The notes under the pieces: generated by a model | What the model was told of the DNA's origin: nothing | Seen by the model: only the letters and a program-made list of their open reading frames with translations | Database searches by the model: none | Assembly (NCBI GenBank): GCA_012026655.1 | Contig: JAAILG010000010.1 | Span: forward strand, 124,001 to 188,000 | DNA: 64,000 nt | Reading direction: 5' to 3' | From: Hydrolagus affinis | Lineage: Eukaryota | Position numbers and translations under genes: made by a program | Shown here: piece after piece, positions 50,951-64,000 of the stretch | Layout of the letters: the number at the start of each line of letters is the position of its first letter | How positions within the stretch are numbered: position 1 is the first letter of the stretch

Positions 50951-53775
50951 ATCATTTTGTTTGGAACCACTATTCTATAAGTTTAGAACTTTTAATTGAC
51001 ACATTCTGATGCTGTGAACGGGAATAAATCATAAACACTCGCTTATGGGAGTTAAGAAGAAATGGAACCATAGAATGGGAGCACTGTGTCGTGATGACAT
51101 GGAGTGTAAGTGTACAGATTTGATCACCCTCTCTGCTGAGCTGCGGTGAAGTGGGAAGGTGTTCAACTTCTTTGCAGGAATATGAGGGGAGTGTAGGAAG
51201 AATCTGAGAGAGGAGATATGTCCAGTTTCCTGTTGAGTGCCCTTCAAATAGCTAACTCAACAATAGTAATAATACCACTGCTACTAATAATAATCCTTCT
51301 ATTTGATGTAGCACCTTATCACATTATTGAGACATCTCCAAACCAGTCATGGAATATACTGTAAATTGAATTGACTGCGCACAAGTTCAGAAAAGGAAGA
51401 AACCTTGGAACAGGTAGGCTGTGTGCCCCCTTGATAGCCAGTATTACCAGCAAAGGGAGAAAACACTCCCTGAAAGAATACTTACTGTGTAGAAGCCTGT
51501 TGATGCTAACTGAGTTTGAAAAAGGCTCCACTTAATTTAGATAATTAGTGGCAATCTTTGGTTGAATGTAGATATTTTAATTTCTGTTTGCACACATTCG
51601 CTATGTATCTAGATGCTTGAGTTCTGGTTATTTTAACAAACCACGCAGACAATATTAGTTTGGCCTAAAGCACTCATTTTAAACCATTTAAGTCTTATTA
51701 TTAATAGCATTTTCACTGCTAATTCAGCATTACTGTCATAGATGTAAAAAATAAAATCACATTTTCTACAAGTTTTCAAGTAATTCTGTAGTAATTTTCA
51801 GAACACAGAGTTCATAAAGCAGGTCTTTGCCTGGGGTCTTCAAGACTGATAATGAAGGTAGCCAGGTCGTTATTGAATTGCCTGGCTTCAACAATTCCTT
51901 CCTTTTCCTTCGGACAATCATATCTCTTTATTAAATTGGACAACAGTTACACAGGAAAGACTGGATCGTTAATTAACTGTGTTTTGCGGGTGGCTACTGA
52001 TTTATACAAAGTTTTGTTAGCTACTGTATCTACTGGAAGCAATATTGAGCTGCACTGAAGTGGCCCATATCTCAGTGCAGTGTGTGACTCTATGCCTTTT
52101 TTTAATTTAGAGATTTTTATATTATGCTCTTTCAACGAAGCCTACTACATCATGCTCAGATTAAATGCTCAGCCTCATCTGCTTCTTTGGTTAATGAGTG
52201 TTACCATCTGTGCCCCTGTTTTGACAGCAAAAAAAGGTATCATTAACTTGCATTCAATTTCACTTAAGTAATTTTTATAAAAGAATGTTGACGATATCAT
52301 TGGATCAATTGGCTAGTAGGAGTTCCTCGACCCGACAGTGTGAGGGAGTCGAATTAATATACACAGCTGAAATGACGCGACAGCTCAAGCACTCTGGCTT
52401 AATCACCATCTCGGCTGTTATTGATTTAGCTCCCTCCCTCACACAGCGTATTGGAGCCAGTCGCTTTGATTAGCTTCTTAACAATTACTGTTTAAAGAAA
52501 AAAAACATTTTTTTTATATAAAAAAAGAAACCATTAGCAATACTGACGATTCTTTGCCACTTTTGTTCAAAAGGGGTTACTATAGATGAGAACCTTCCCT
52601 TCCTCCTTAAAAGCACAAATATTAGATTGATAAACAAGGTGATGTGTTGACTGTTGAGTGACAGTGTTAATGACCACACTTGCTTGTTCCTGCGACAATT
52701 GCGCACACACCTCCTCCATTCCCAACCCCTCCCCCCACCTCCCCCCCACCCTTTAATCCCCAATCTCCTTAACTACCCCTGAGATGATGCTCGAGCTTTA
52801 AAATGGCAAATTTGCACAAAAGTATGCTTTTCATATGGTGTTGTACAGTGGATTTCACTCTTTCAGCCGCACGTTAGTTAGGAGCATCCATTATGCTAAT
52901 CCAGTGAGCTGCTGTATGATAGCCACATGCTGCTTTACATGCTTTTCTTCTTTCTGTGCTACAGAAAGGTTTAAAAGTTCAGTGTCCCTTTTGCTGACCT
53001 ACATTTGCTGAATTTTTAAAACCATCATCAATCAAATTTACACAGTTCTGTTTCACACATCGCGGCCTCCTTACAATTGTATCCGGTATTGCAGGTTACT
53101 TGGGGAAAGTCAGGGCTGCGCAGCAAAGCCCCTTATTATCATATCCAACAGCAAAATTGTGGCAGCTGGCCTTTATTGGTCAAAATGTACAATATTAAGC
53201 AGTTGCAGCTCATACAGTTGATGCTTTTTAAAAAGCACTGAAACTGAAAAGGGATGTTACTTATTTTTTAAACGGATGTAAGAAAGCAAGGGCTTTTGAA
53301 ATATTTTGAGTGAAAAGGAATCAACTCCACCTCCATTATTTGACTCGGATTGATGTGAGATATAAGTGTGTATTGTTAATCTCAAATTGGTGACCATTTT
53401 ACCTAACTGTATGTGTGTGCAATCGAGATATTGATGCCTTGAAACACGATCGACAATGTAGAGTTGAATAGAAAGCATACAGTAAGTCTACAATAATAAA
53501 GGGGTTGTTGTACAAAAGAGCTAGATAAGAGCAAGGTTTTACAGCATAAATGCAGCTGCCATCTTATTTATATGCTTGTAGGAAATTGCTTTCCAGCATT
53601 GACATTGTATTTTACAGAAAGTCCTTCAGATGTGAACAGTAATTTCATATGGAATGCTAGATGGAAGTACCCAGGAAGGGCAGTATAACAATTCTCTACC
53701 TCTCTCTGACCTTTTGAGTTCTGAATTTTTGAGATTTTTTTTCTGGAAAAAAAAACAAACCTGCATTTGATCACA

Positions 53776-54067
53776 ATGCTTGCATTTGATACAGCTACTT
53801 AACATGTCATCGAGATGTCTCAAAGCGCTTCACAGGAATTTCCTGGAAAGTCTAGTGACCATGTATTTGTAGGCAAATGCAGCAGGCAGTTTGCACGCTT
53901 AACCTCCCACAAACATATATGAAGTGAATAATCGATTGTATCTGGGCGATTGTTGGTCCAAGCCACCGGGAGAAACTCCCTTCTTTGTTTGAGGAATGCT
54001 GTGAAATCTTTAACATCTACTTGGACAGGCAAATGGCACCTGGTTTTTATCTCTCATCGGAAGAAAG
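53776..54067 (-). mobile_element. Deu-domain SINE (central region and tail)
   Basis: ttgcatttgata...ctcaaagcgcttcacagg...ctcccacaaac...caccgggagaaactccc...atctttaacatctac...tctcatcggaag. Confidence 0.78.
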
Positions 54068-57000
54068 TAGTAATAATAATAAAAAGGGAATTGTGCTGTA
54101 TTTGTTGAGCTTCAATCCCAGATATTATCATGAACATCAACATTGTTCTGGGGCTAAGCATCCGTCCCTACCCTCATAATGGTGCAAAAATGTTCCTTGG
54201 GAACTCCTGAGGTAATGACACTTTCAAATGTATTGGCGAATTTGAAACACATTTCAGAATATCAGTTTAAATAAAGTACCAATAAATATCCCCAATGTGT
54301 TTCCTAAAAGCTCTTTGAATTTCAATGGTAATACACTCTTGGGGTTCCAGCATGAATTTTGTGCACAGTTTGAAGAAACAATGGCAAGTGTGCTTTCCTG
54401 TACACCTCTGCATCCTTTTCAACAAGATTTTTTCTTATCAATTTTTGACCAGATTTCTTCTCCTTTCTTGAATATGTATTGTTTCCTTTCTCCTCCGCAC
54501 GGGGTGTGGGTGCACCTTTGAGTACCTCGGCCATGCCACCATTATTCATGTGTATGACTTGACAGTGAATGTTGGCCCACTGTTCATGGGAAGGCTTGTA
54601 ACTGGTCCTTTCCTGTCCATTTAAGCTTACTTTAAAGCAGGATTCTCTGTAATAAACTCTAATATTTTCCCCCTCCCTTACCGAAGCCACTGAGGATAGA
54701 TAAAATTGGTCATTTACTTCATGGCTGTTTCCTGGGATATTACCATGTACAACTTAGGCAGCCACATTCCCTTACAAAACACACTAAGATGGCTTCCCGG
54801 CGTAAAACGATCTATATCAAATGCAAGGATACTTATTATTATTACTGCATCTTTAGTTTATTATTCAAAGGAGGACTGAGGAGGTCATCAGTGTAATTCA
54901 GAGTTTTATTTCTTAACTGATTTCAAATTAGACAAGCCAAAAGCAGATTATTTTAACTATTTTAAGTGTTTGTGTGAGTCCATCCAAAGGAGATCAAACT
55001 TCTACCTGAGTACTCATCAACTTTGGAGAGAGTAAGAACTTTTGTTATAATCATAACACACAAAATATTGCACTTAGGAATTTAGTTACACAAGCATTAT
55101 ATAGAAACAATTTGAAATCTATTTGTTTAGTTGTAAATTTGATCATTTTTCTTCCTCTATAATTTGTACATTCAAATTTGTACACACATTTATTTGACAA
55201 TGGGTAAAATTATTTGTAAATTTCTAATTTCAGGGTATCGAAGCTATTGAAGGCATGGTGAAATGTAGATCTTTTATATTTACCATATTCTAATGGCACT
55301 ATTTATTCTTGGCATTTTATCTCCCTGTGGACAGTTTTCCCCACAGTTTTCACTATTGTGATGTAAATGTTGAACCTTCCATTAAAATGACATCCAGATA
55401 AAACATCAAGCATTTTTGCAAAATATTACCCTATGAAATGATGAAGCTATTAGATGAATGATGCATTTACTGAAAGATGAAGGTTAAGTAAATGTTTGTA
55501 TTTCATAAAAGGCATCTGAGATTGAAGCATTATCAGGTGGGAGATTAAGATAGCCGTCAACACCATTCAAAGATACAGTTACCTTTCAAAAGAACCCATA
55601 CAAGCTTTGCTTTCTGAGTAAAAGAGGCAACATAAAAAGCAGGAATCTCTTGTGAGATGATTGAGACTTGCTCTGGCTGTTCCTAGATGCATAGGATAGC
55701 AACCCAGTCTCCTAAGGTCTGAAATCATGCAAACATAAGGCAACTAAAATTCATATCAGCTACAAAATGGATAAAATCTGCAGACTTAACCTAAAAACAA
55801 CCTTCGTGTCTGTAAAAGAGAATTCTAATGAAGTCCAAGTTAAATATTTTACATGTTCGAAATGTGAACAAATTTAGCAAAACAAATTAAGTGAAACATA
55901 TTTAAATATTTAATATGTTAAGCACCTTGCTGTCTTAACAGTTTATAACTGTAGCTCTGGTAGCATTTACTCGTAAGAGCAAAGAATGAAATGCTGTGAT
56001 TTAATCTTCTATTTTAACAATAATGATTTTTTTTAATGTCAAGCTTTATTTGGGTATTTTGACTTACAATTAGCACTTCCATATTTGTGATGGCAACTTC
56101 TTTGCAAACCACTGCAAAGGCGTTAACATTCGTTCGATTTCTGACGAAGAGTCAGGCAAAAGTGTTCAGCGGTCAGAAATATTTTTCTCAGCGCTATACT
56201 TCTCTGATCGATCAGGATAAAATGAAGGAGTGAAGGTGCTTGTCCAAGAGCAGCGAAACACGTCTTGTGCTTCAGACAGGAAAAAAAAGTAACTGCTTGT
56301 TTCTTTAAACGGCAGCAGTCTGCGGCTTTGGACCTCGAGACAGAGGTGTTGAATACAGTCCTACTGAGAATACATTGAGGACATTATCTGCAAAGGCATC
56401 AGAGCAAACCGTTGCATACGCTGACTTCTTTTTGTTTAATTCTCCAGTTAATAGCCATATTCTGAGGTCACACAGAATCTGAAATCCTCAGAACAATCGA
56501 GATTATCTTCTTTTGACTTTGAAAAAAAGTTTACGTGCCAAGCTGAAGCTAATATAATTTAGGAAGTGTGTTTTGGGGGCTGCTCACTGCTACTGAGCTT
56601 GTTAGCGAAAGAGCTAAAGGTGATTAAAATGGCTCTTAGTCTTTACATATGTGACAGCTTTTGATGGTGGAGAGTGTATTAATATCCTGCCTAGCTGCTG
56701 TTGGCACTTTGGACAGGTCCCAAGGAAGAATATGAGATTGACCAGGGTTTTCCCACTGTGCCAGAAATCTTTTGCAGACACAAAGCAGTACCCTTGTACT
56801 AGCGGAAGAACAGATAAGGGTTTTCTTGTTGCCATTTAAGTTTTAGCACTAATGCTTTTCTCTGTTATCCCTTCCCTAGGATGTTGAAAGGGAATTGCTC
56901 TTTGATTTTTCAAGGGATTTTCAGAAGGCAGAATCATTAGTTTAAGCTAAAGAGATAAATTGCACTGCATTTGAATAGAAACAATCATGTTGTCATTATC

Positions 57001-59536
57001 AGTATTAAATTAAGCAGATTTGCGTTGGCTTTTCAAACACACACATCCCCTCTAATGGTATAATCACTGACTTTAGACCACAACAAAGGCTAACAATGAG
57101 ATCAGAATCAGAGCCAATTTTCAAGCCAATTTTTCTCTCCTGGTAGAAGGGATATAGCGTGCCCTGTGCCTCTCTGATGATGAGCCTAGATAAAAAAAAA
57201 GAAGCTGCCAGAGATATGAATAAGCAAAGCAAAAGCTGGGAACAGGAAATGTCAAGCCTTGAAGACATTGTCGTAAATGACTACATTGGAGCTTGATGCT
57301 TATCATTCAACAAAAATGTGAGCGATTTTAGGTGACGAGCTGGTCAATGAAAAATGGGTTCGGGTGGAATTCCTTGGCTTCTCTACAGGATCCATTGTTC
57401 CACAGTGTTCTTCGGCTGTCCGACTTTCAGACTTTGTATCTGCAATAACCGCTCTATTACAGTGGCTAGAAGCAGGTGCGTTCCTTTTAGGTTAGCCAAA
57501 AGAGAATCCTTGTCAAACAACAAAACAAACATCATTTTAATTACCACATGAAATCGTTATTCTCAGTTATAAAGTCTTAAAAAAGGTGAGTTTCCTTATC
57601 CATGCCCCCACTTTTTTGAAACAAATATAAATTTCAAAAATATAAGGTGAAATGTAACATACTTTTACTTTTCATTGTATATTTTTGGATTCTTTTGTAC
57701 TCATTATATCATCTAAATTCTGGGTTACAGAAGCTATAGCTGTCTCAAAGGCCAGAATAAACATCAAGTAAAATCTCGGAGAATCTTCTGGGGTTAACGT
57801 AAAGATTGTTTTTCTTTTGACATTTTTTTCCAGTAAGTAAAACTTAGAGCTGCTCTGATTTCACCATCAGCTCTTGCAGTTGAAAAAAGTATTAAACTCC
57901 CCAAATAACTCAGTAAGTTTATCTAGCACTTTGCGTAAGGGAAGGTCCTGGGTTCAATCCGCAGACCATGCTGAATACAGTAATCTGATCTTTCAATCCG
58001 TGAAACTGTCCTTCCAGTAGAAAGAAAAATAACCTTTATGAGAGGAAGGAGAGGGGGGAAATGTATATAATGATGATGATAACAATTATAATAATACTTG
58101 CATTTGTTACTGTGCCTTTCAGCTAGGAGGATAACTTAAAAGTGCTTTACAGGATGTAATAGTAACTTGAAGGTACTGAGTACGTTGTATGCGAATATTA
58201 AAATAAATGAATGCACCAAATAATAATCAAAAAATGCTAAAAATTGATTAGCTTAGTTGAGGGATTCCCTTCCCAGTGAAGGTGGATGTTGGTTAAGCGC
58301 AGAAATAAGCTTAACTGCAATGGTCTCCTGCTCAAATTCACTATCAAAGCTCACATGTAAATGAGGCCACTGAACCAAGCTGACTGAAAACAATTGCTAA
58401 AGGATGTATTTAAAAACAACATAATTCTTTCTAATTGCTTGATTTTTAACATTGATACTGATACTTTGCCTCGACTGTTAAATATGGCCCAAGTGACTGC
58501 ATTGAATTCTCTTTCTACCCCCACCACCCCACACTTCTCGCTACTTGAGGAGGAATGCAGAGTTTGATTCATTCCAAGTGGTAAATTTATTGGTAGTACT
58601 TCACTGCGGAGCTGCAGTTTAACACTCTGTGCTGCCTAGAATGAATAGCGAGCTGCTTTCACATGCTTTTGGAGCCTGGGAGGATTGAGAAGAAATTCAA
58701 GCAGCCTTACTTAAAATTGCTCCCTCTGTTCAGCCAGAAGTGAGCCTATGTGCAGCACGTAATGCAAAAAGCATGTGAGCATTTTAGAATTCAGTGAGGC
58801 AGATTGCGTCCTGTGTGCCCTAATGGCATTTTTAGTGTCAGCAGCGCTTCAAGTGAAGATATTGCTCTGGATACACTAGAGCGTATAAATCTAGAGTTGT
58901 TCTGTGGTCCACTTCGGTGACCGTTTGAGTGCTGCAGCACATTGGAACCCCTTCCCCAAACCAATTCTTAACGTGGAATTCAATTCCAGATCATAAAACA
59001 GGGGGCAATCGATTGAGTGCCAACTGAATCGAAGAGGAAAGGTATTCATAACATTTGTCGCCTATTCCTATTCTGGTATTTATCAGTAACTCCATTGTCT
59101 TCAAACGGCGGATATGAGGCAGTTTGAGAGCATATATCATATGGAGACATTTGTACATTTGCTCCCTTTTTAATGGCAGTACCTGCACCATCTGCCCCCA
59201 CGAGGGCAGACAGCCAAACGTCTCCCAGTTGACTCACGTGATACTGGCCAGGGTGACTCTATCTCCATTATGCTCTCCTTCCATGCGGGGAGGTGCACGG
59301 CCTCTGCTCGCCACTGTGACTGTGATTAGGAAGTCAGCCTGCGAGGGGATTGTATCCCACCGCCCCGCGTCCAACCCCTGCAGGCTCCAGTAACGCTGCA
59401 TTGAATACGTCTCATTCAAACCCCGTGATGAATGTAGTTTGGCTCCTTAGCGGCACTTTAACTCTGCGAGAGCTGCTGTTTCAAATTGAGATAATTACAA
59501 CATTTTGCCAATTAAATTCAAAACGCAATTCTAAAG

Positions 59537-59740
59537 TAATAATAATACTTGCACTTGATATAGCGTGTCGTCAGAACATCTGAAAGCATTTATAAGAATA
59601 GTCCTTACTTAATATAGCGCCTTTCATGTCGGGAGGACGTCACAAAGCACTTCACAGGATTTAAGGGTAATGTGCAGTAACTGTGTATTTATAAGCAAAC
59701 ACGGTAACTAAATTGCACACAACAGTGTCCCAAAAACAAT
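59537..59740 (-). mobile_element. Two adjacent SINE 3' fragments
   Basis: cttgcacttgatatagcg and atatagcgcctttcatgtc...aattgcacacaacagtgtccca. Confidence 0.75.
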
Positions 59741-60475
59741 TTATATGATTTATCTTAAGAGTAAAGTGTAAAGTAAAGCGTATAGCAGAGTATCAGGGTA
59801 AAATATTTTTATAGTCAGTTTAGGTAGGTCCAAGATGTACCCAATGGAGACAGTAAAGATGGTGGCATCCATTCGTCATATTCATCTCATTATAAAAGGA
59901 GAAAACCACAATGAGTACAAAATAAATTTGGTTACTAATATATTTGTATTCCTGAAACAAGATTAGTACACAATCATTTGCCCGCCTCGAAATGAACAGT
60001 GTTACATTTTAATTTCTTCCTTATTTGTTATCTTCCACGTACAGTGGGTAACTGGGGAATCCAACACTCTGTGGAAGATAACTTAATTCATAGAATGTGG
60101 AATGAGGGGCTGGGAGGTGAGTTATTTACCTTTTAAGGCTGTTCAGTTGGAGGTTTTATTTTTTCTCTCTAACAGATGCAGTGTTAAAGCTGTCTGAAAG
60201 CCTTTTGGTCTTTCTCATCCATCTCTCCAGTAGTTTTTTACCGCTTAATTCTTTAAACTTCTAAAGAGCTTAATCAATCTCTCGTTCGGTATAAAGCCGT
60301 GTTTGCACTTTAAAGTTTGCATTGCTCTTGTGGTTAGGAATGACAGCAGGTCCACGTGGCAGAAGCCCGTTTCTTTTTATAACACTTGTTCTCCCTCCAA
60401 GTAATGGAATGCAATAGGGGGTGGGGTGGAGGGGGGGTAAAAACTTTCAGCAGCTTGCATCAGAGACTTTAAAAA

Positions 60476-60479
<4 letters not shown>

Positions 60480-60511
<32 letters not shown>
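60480..60511. repeat. (TA)n microsatellite
   Basis: Read directly from the sequence. Confidence 0.97.
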
Positions 60512-60515
<4 letters not shown>

Positions 60516-62937
60516 CTCGAGAGCAGCTTTCGATGCCTAGTATGAAGCTTTGGTGATCATGTGGGTGATCAAAAGACAGGAAAGTTGTGGTTTTTCAGAA
60601 ACCTTGCCAGCATCTGAAAGGTTTAATTAGCAGTTTCTTTCCCTGTACCTAACTCATTTTTCTTATCAACTTCCACTGAAAGGTCAAATTGAGCAGAGAC
60701 TTGGACAGCTGTAGAACATGCATCCTCGATTGTTTTTAATTACCTTCCTTTTCACTGACGCCGGTAATTCTTGTTTACACTGTCAAAACGCTATCTGCTG
60801 AGTACAAGTGGACCATCCTTTTGAGGTCACATGCATAACCCCGGCGCATAGTTACAATTTAAATCGCCTCCTTTTGTTTTTGTTAATGTGTACAGAAGTT
60901 GTATGCATGGCGGGTGCTCGGCAAAAACTCTCTAAGCCTAAATAACTTATTGTAAAAGTGTCACAATATGAGCACATTTCTCTCTCCACACCACAGTGGT
61001 TTAGCTTTAGCTTTGTGCATCCAACCACAAACTGGTTTATTCATTTAACAATGGACAATTTTTTTTAGGTTTTGCTCCTTTGACCTTTACTGACCCTCCC
61101 CCTCCGTCACTTTAGAAATCACTTCGCTCTTTCTTTCTTTTTTCCTTTCTTTCCATTCCTCCTCCCTCTTGGCTATTAATATTTTTTTTAACCTCCGAAG
61201 AGCAAAGTGATTGTGTTTCTTTTACTGGCGCTTTGTAAATCTTAGTAACCATACACCAACATTGTTATCACAGGACTAAAGGGAGAAAAAGTTACAAGAC
61301 TTTAAGCCATTCTTGAGAATGGTCACTTTCTAAAATGCTCTTTTTCTGTCCCCTCAATGGCATTTGACTTTAGTGCTGTATTGTAAGGTGTACACCAATG
61401 GAACAATTAAATACATTTGTTTATGTGCTTTTGTACCCTGATTTTGTTCTGTAATTCTAAATCATTATTGAAGCATGTAACAGACGGACCTCTTCAGCAT
61501 TCATTAAGGACTATAAGTGCTTGCTGTAACTTGTGTCAGGATCTGACCGAAGGAGAAGAGAATTAAATACAAAAGACTGAAATACAACAAAGACTTCCTT
61601 TCTGCCTCAATACTTCTGCAAAAACATATGTTCAGCCGTGCAGGCAACTGTTGGGTTAAGGACACTCTAAGGAAAAGAAACAAAAGACACTCTCTGCTCT
61701 TGCATTCACAGTGGTTTCAAGCATATTCACTTGTTAAGGACTAGACTGTCAGCTGGTTCCTTTTGCAAGTGTAATTTCTTTCGTTCCTCTTGAAAAGCAT
61801 TTTTTTGCTAATGTTTTACACTTCATATAATCTGGTGTGTATGCAAAGCCCACTCCTGCCTTGACATAATTGATGTCAGGCTGAAGGAGTAGCCTGCTCT
61901 GAGGGTAAATCTACTGGAAAGGGTAACCTCTCAATCACCCACACATCAGCGGGTGCCAAGCCACTTTTTCTTTTGTATCTTTAAGTATATGAGTGGGACC
62001 CTCATTCCTAGCAGCACAAGGTGTCGCTATTATACCCATACAAATGAGCTTAAGAAGTCTTAAGAGGCTTGTAGCCTTTTTATTTTGGCTAGGTTTCGAT
62101 ATCACACTACTGAAAATTGTATTTATATAACATTACTAAACCTGGGGGATAAACAGCTGTTCACTACCATGTATGAATAGAGATCAAGTTCTGGATGTCG
62201 AAGCATAAAAGCTGTTGCTAAATATTCCTTTAAAATCACATCATGGTTTGGAATGTCAAATAAAGCGCTTTGCAGACTGAAACTATGGAGAACAGGTTCA
62301 ATTTATGATGCAGCCACTGCAACTTACCTTTGATTAAATAACTTGGCATTTGTTGGTTGTATTCCATATTGCATGGGTCCCTTGATAGGTAGTCTATACA
62401 CAATGGTCCATTTTATCCTGAAAAACCCATCAAATATCTTTAAAATCCTGCCTGTGTGACAACACAATAGGCCTAGCAGGTGAAGTGTAATATTCCCCAT
62501 GATTTTATTATTTCTTGTAAGCTTACACAAAGAAATGTTGTGAGAAGTTTAAAATGACCTGTGCTGTTCATATATTAAATAGAGCATGTAAGGGATTTCT
62601 TTCATACCCATACAGGATGTCTGTTGTGAATTTAGCCAGCAGTGTCATAACACGCCTCATATGGGTTTAATCAAAGATCAGAATACAGTAGAGCAGACTT
62701 TACCTGGCGGACCTTGTGTCTGTTCTGCTACAATCTACGCACAATACGTCCACCTCTTCAGTCGCCTTTAATTTGCAGAACTGTAATGCGTTCTCCTTGT
62801 TTATTTTAACCTACTTATTGCACTGATTTTACTGCACTGAATTTATTTGTAGTTTGTTATACAGTAATATGGGACCAATTGTATTATAGGCCACTGTATT
62901 TTGCGTCTGACAACCACTTTAGCTTTCACAATGGTGA

Positions 62938-63224
62938 TAATCATTTGATACGCCAGGATATGCTAGGACGTCTTCTAGACATCTCAAAGCGCTTCACAGA
63001 GTATACTGTAAAGTGAATTGACTTGATATGTGGGTGATACGTGGCAGCCAATTGCCCACAGCAGTGTCCCACAAACAGTGAAAATGACCAGTTTATTATT
63101 GGGGCTTTTTGGAGGATTATTAGGCGTCTGGAGGAAGGAAACTTGCCCACTTGCCCTGCCTGGAATCGAACCCAGGTCTCTTGCTTATAAGGCGAGTGCT
63201 CTAATCACTGAGCTACAGGACACC
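62938..63224 (-). mobile_element. Full-length young tRNA-derived SINE
   Basis: Minus-strand head with box A tagctcagtg and intact box B ggttcgattcc, plus family body and tail. Confidence 0.92.
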
Positions 63225-63387
63225 CATTGGTGCAAATATCAGATCTTCTACTCTATTTGATTATGACAACATATCCTGCGTTATTGGGCAAGATTTTAGT
63301 TCACTATCTGAACTTGAGCGATATAACTGTCACCTCTTTGAAGACAAAGCCGATTAGATTGGTTAAGAACAGTTCAAATAAATAAAT

Positions 63388-63550
63388 AATTTGGTCATTC
63401 AATCCACTGCTGGCTGTGTCCCACAAATTGGCTGCTGTGTTTTACCCACAGAATACACAGTCAGTTCACTTTACAGTATATTCTGTGAAGAGCTTTGGGA
63501 ACGTCACGAAGACATGATAAGGCATTATATCAAAGGCAAGGATTATTAGT
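63388..63550 (+). mobile_element. Young SINE, 3' half
   Basis: ttggtcattcaatccac...aattggctgc...cactttacagtattctgtgaag...tatatcaaaggcaaggattatt. Confidence 0.85.
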
Positions 63551-64000
63551 ATTCATGCTCTTGAGATAATATAATTCTCCATTTCACTGATATTTACATT
63601 AGAAACTACAAGAAGTAAATTACTCTGAAGAAGCATTACCCCCTTTACTTACCAAAGCACTAAATGAAACATATCTCCACTTGGCAAAGTGCACTTTCCA
63701 CGGACCTAAGCTGGATTGCACAATGGCCTCTAACTTAACTTGCTGTTCTAACTTGAAGAGGATCCAATCTTTTTACGGCTCTCTGTAGATCAGATGGGGG
63801 ATGTTTAACAAGGAGCTCAACTCTCATGAAGGGAGTTCAGCTTCCCTTTAACCAAGACTTAAATCAAGCTACTGTAGGATCTCAAAAGCTAACAGTTAAA
63901 TAGAGTAGCAACCTCCCTTTATTGTGGTAATAAACTTTAGAGCTATCTGAGGCCCCTGCCATGGAATTACTGGAGATAAGTGAACAGTCTGAAATAAAAA

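Noticed and set aside
2175-63550. Recurring ~60-100 bp motif as a possible CRISPR-like array
   Set aside because: Copies are dispersed, diverged, on both strands and irregularly spaced in a eukaryotic intron; they are retroposon tails.
1-64000. Most short ORFs in the six-frame track
   Set aside because: They are intronic chance ORFs or SINE translations (the recurring VKRFETSRR peptide). Only those overlapping FTO exons (3055, 32743, 49200) or transposon remnants are meaningful.
49326-64000. FTO exon 8
   Set aside because: No match to the expected RQNLR.EW..R-type peptide was found by eye; it probably lies beyond the window (tblastn would settle this).

Overview
Vertebrate nuclear DNA, most likely a cartilaginous fish and possibly a chimaera (inferred from the DeuSINE/SacSINE-type repeats and compact introns; not provable here). 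The window holds the 5' part of FTO (Fe(II)/2-oxoglutarate-dependent m6A/m6Am demethylase) on the + strand. Coding exons 1-7 (42+78+637+150+80+144+120 = 1251 nt, 417 codons) have GT-AG boundaries and consistent phases, and the catalytic residues are intact. I did not find exons 8-9, which presumably lie beyond the window. Upstream (~2560-3170) is a CpG-rich promoter with two opposed ZNF143/THAP11-type ACTACA..CCCA motifs, consistent with the known head-to-head RPGRIP1L/FTO arrangement; a likely non-coding minus-strand first exon ends at 2601. The introns contain many copies of a young tRNA-headed SINE, older Deu-domain SINEs, L2 and CR1 3' fragments, a Tigger-like MITE nested in a SINE, an internally deleted Tc1/mariner fossil with intact TIRs, microsatellites and several enhancer-like blocks (FTO introns are known to host IRX3/IRX5 enhancers). 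I see no evidence of a new multi-gene system; the notable points concern transposon architecture, RNA structure and regulation. Repeat family names come from my recollection of consensus sequences, and repeat and enhancer boundaries are approximate.
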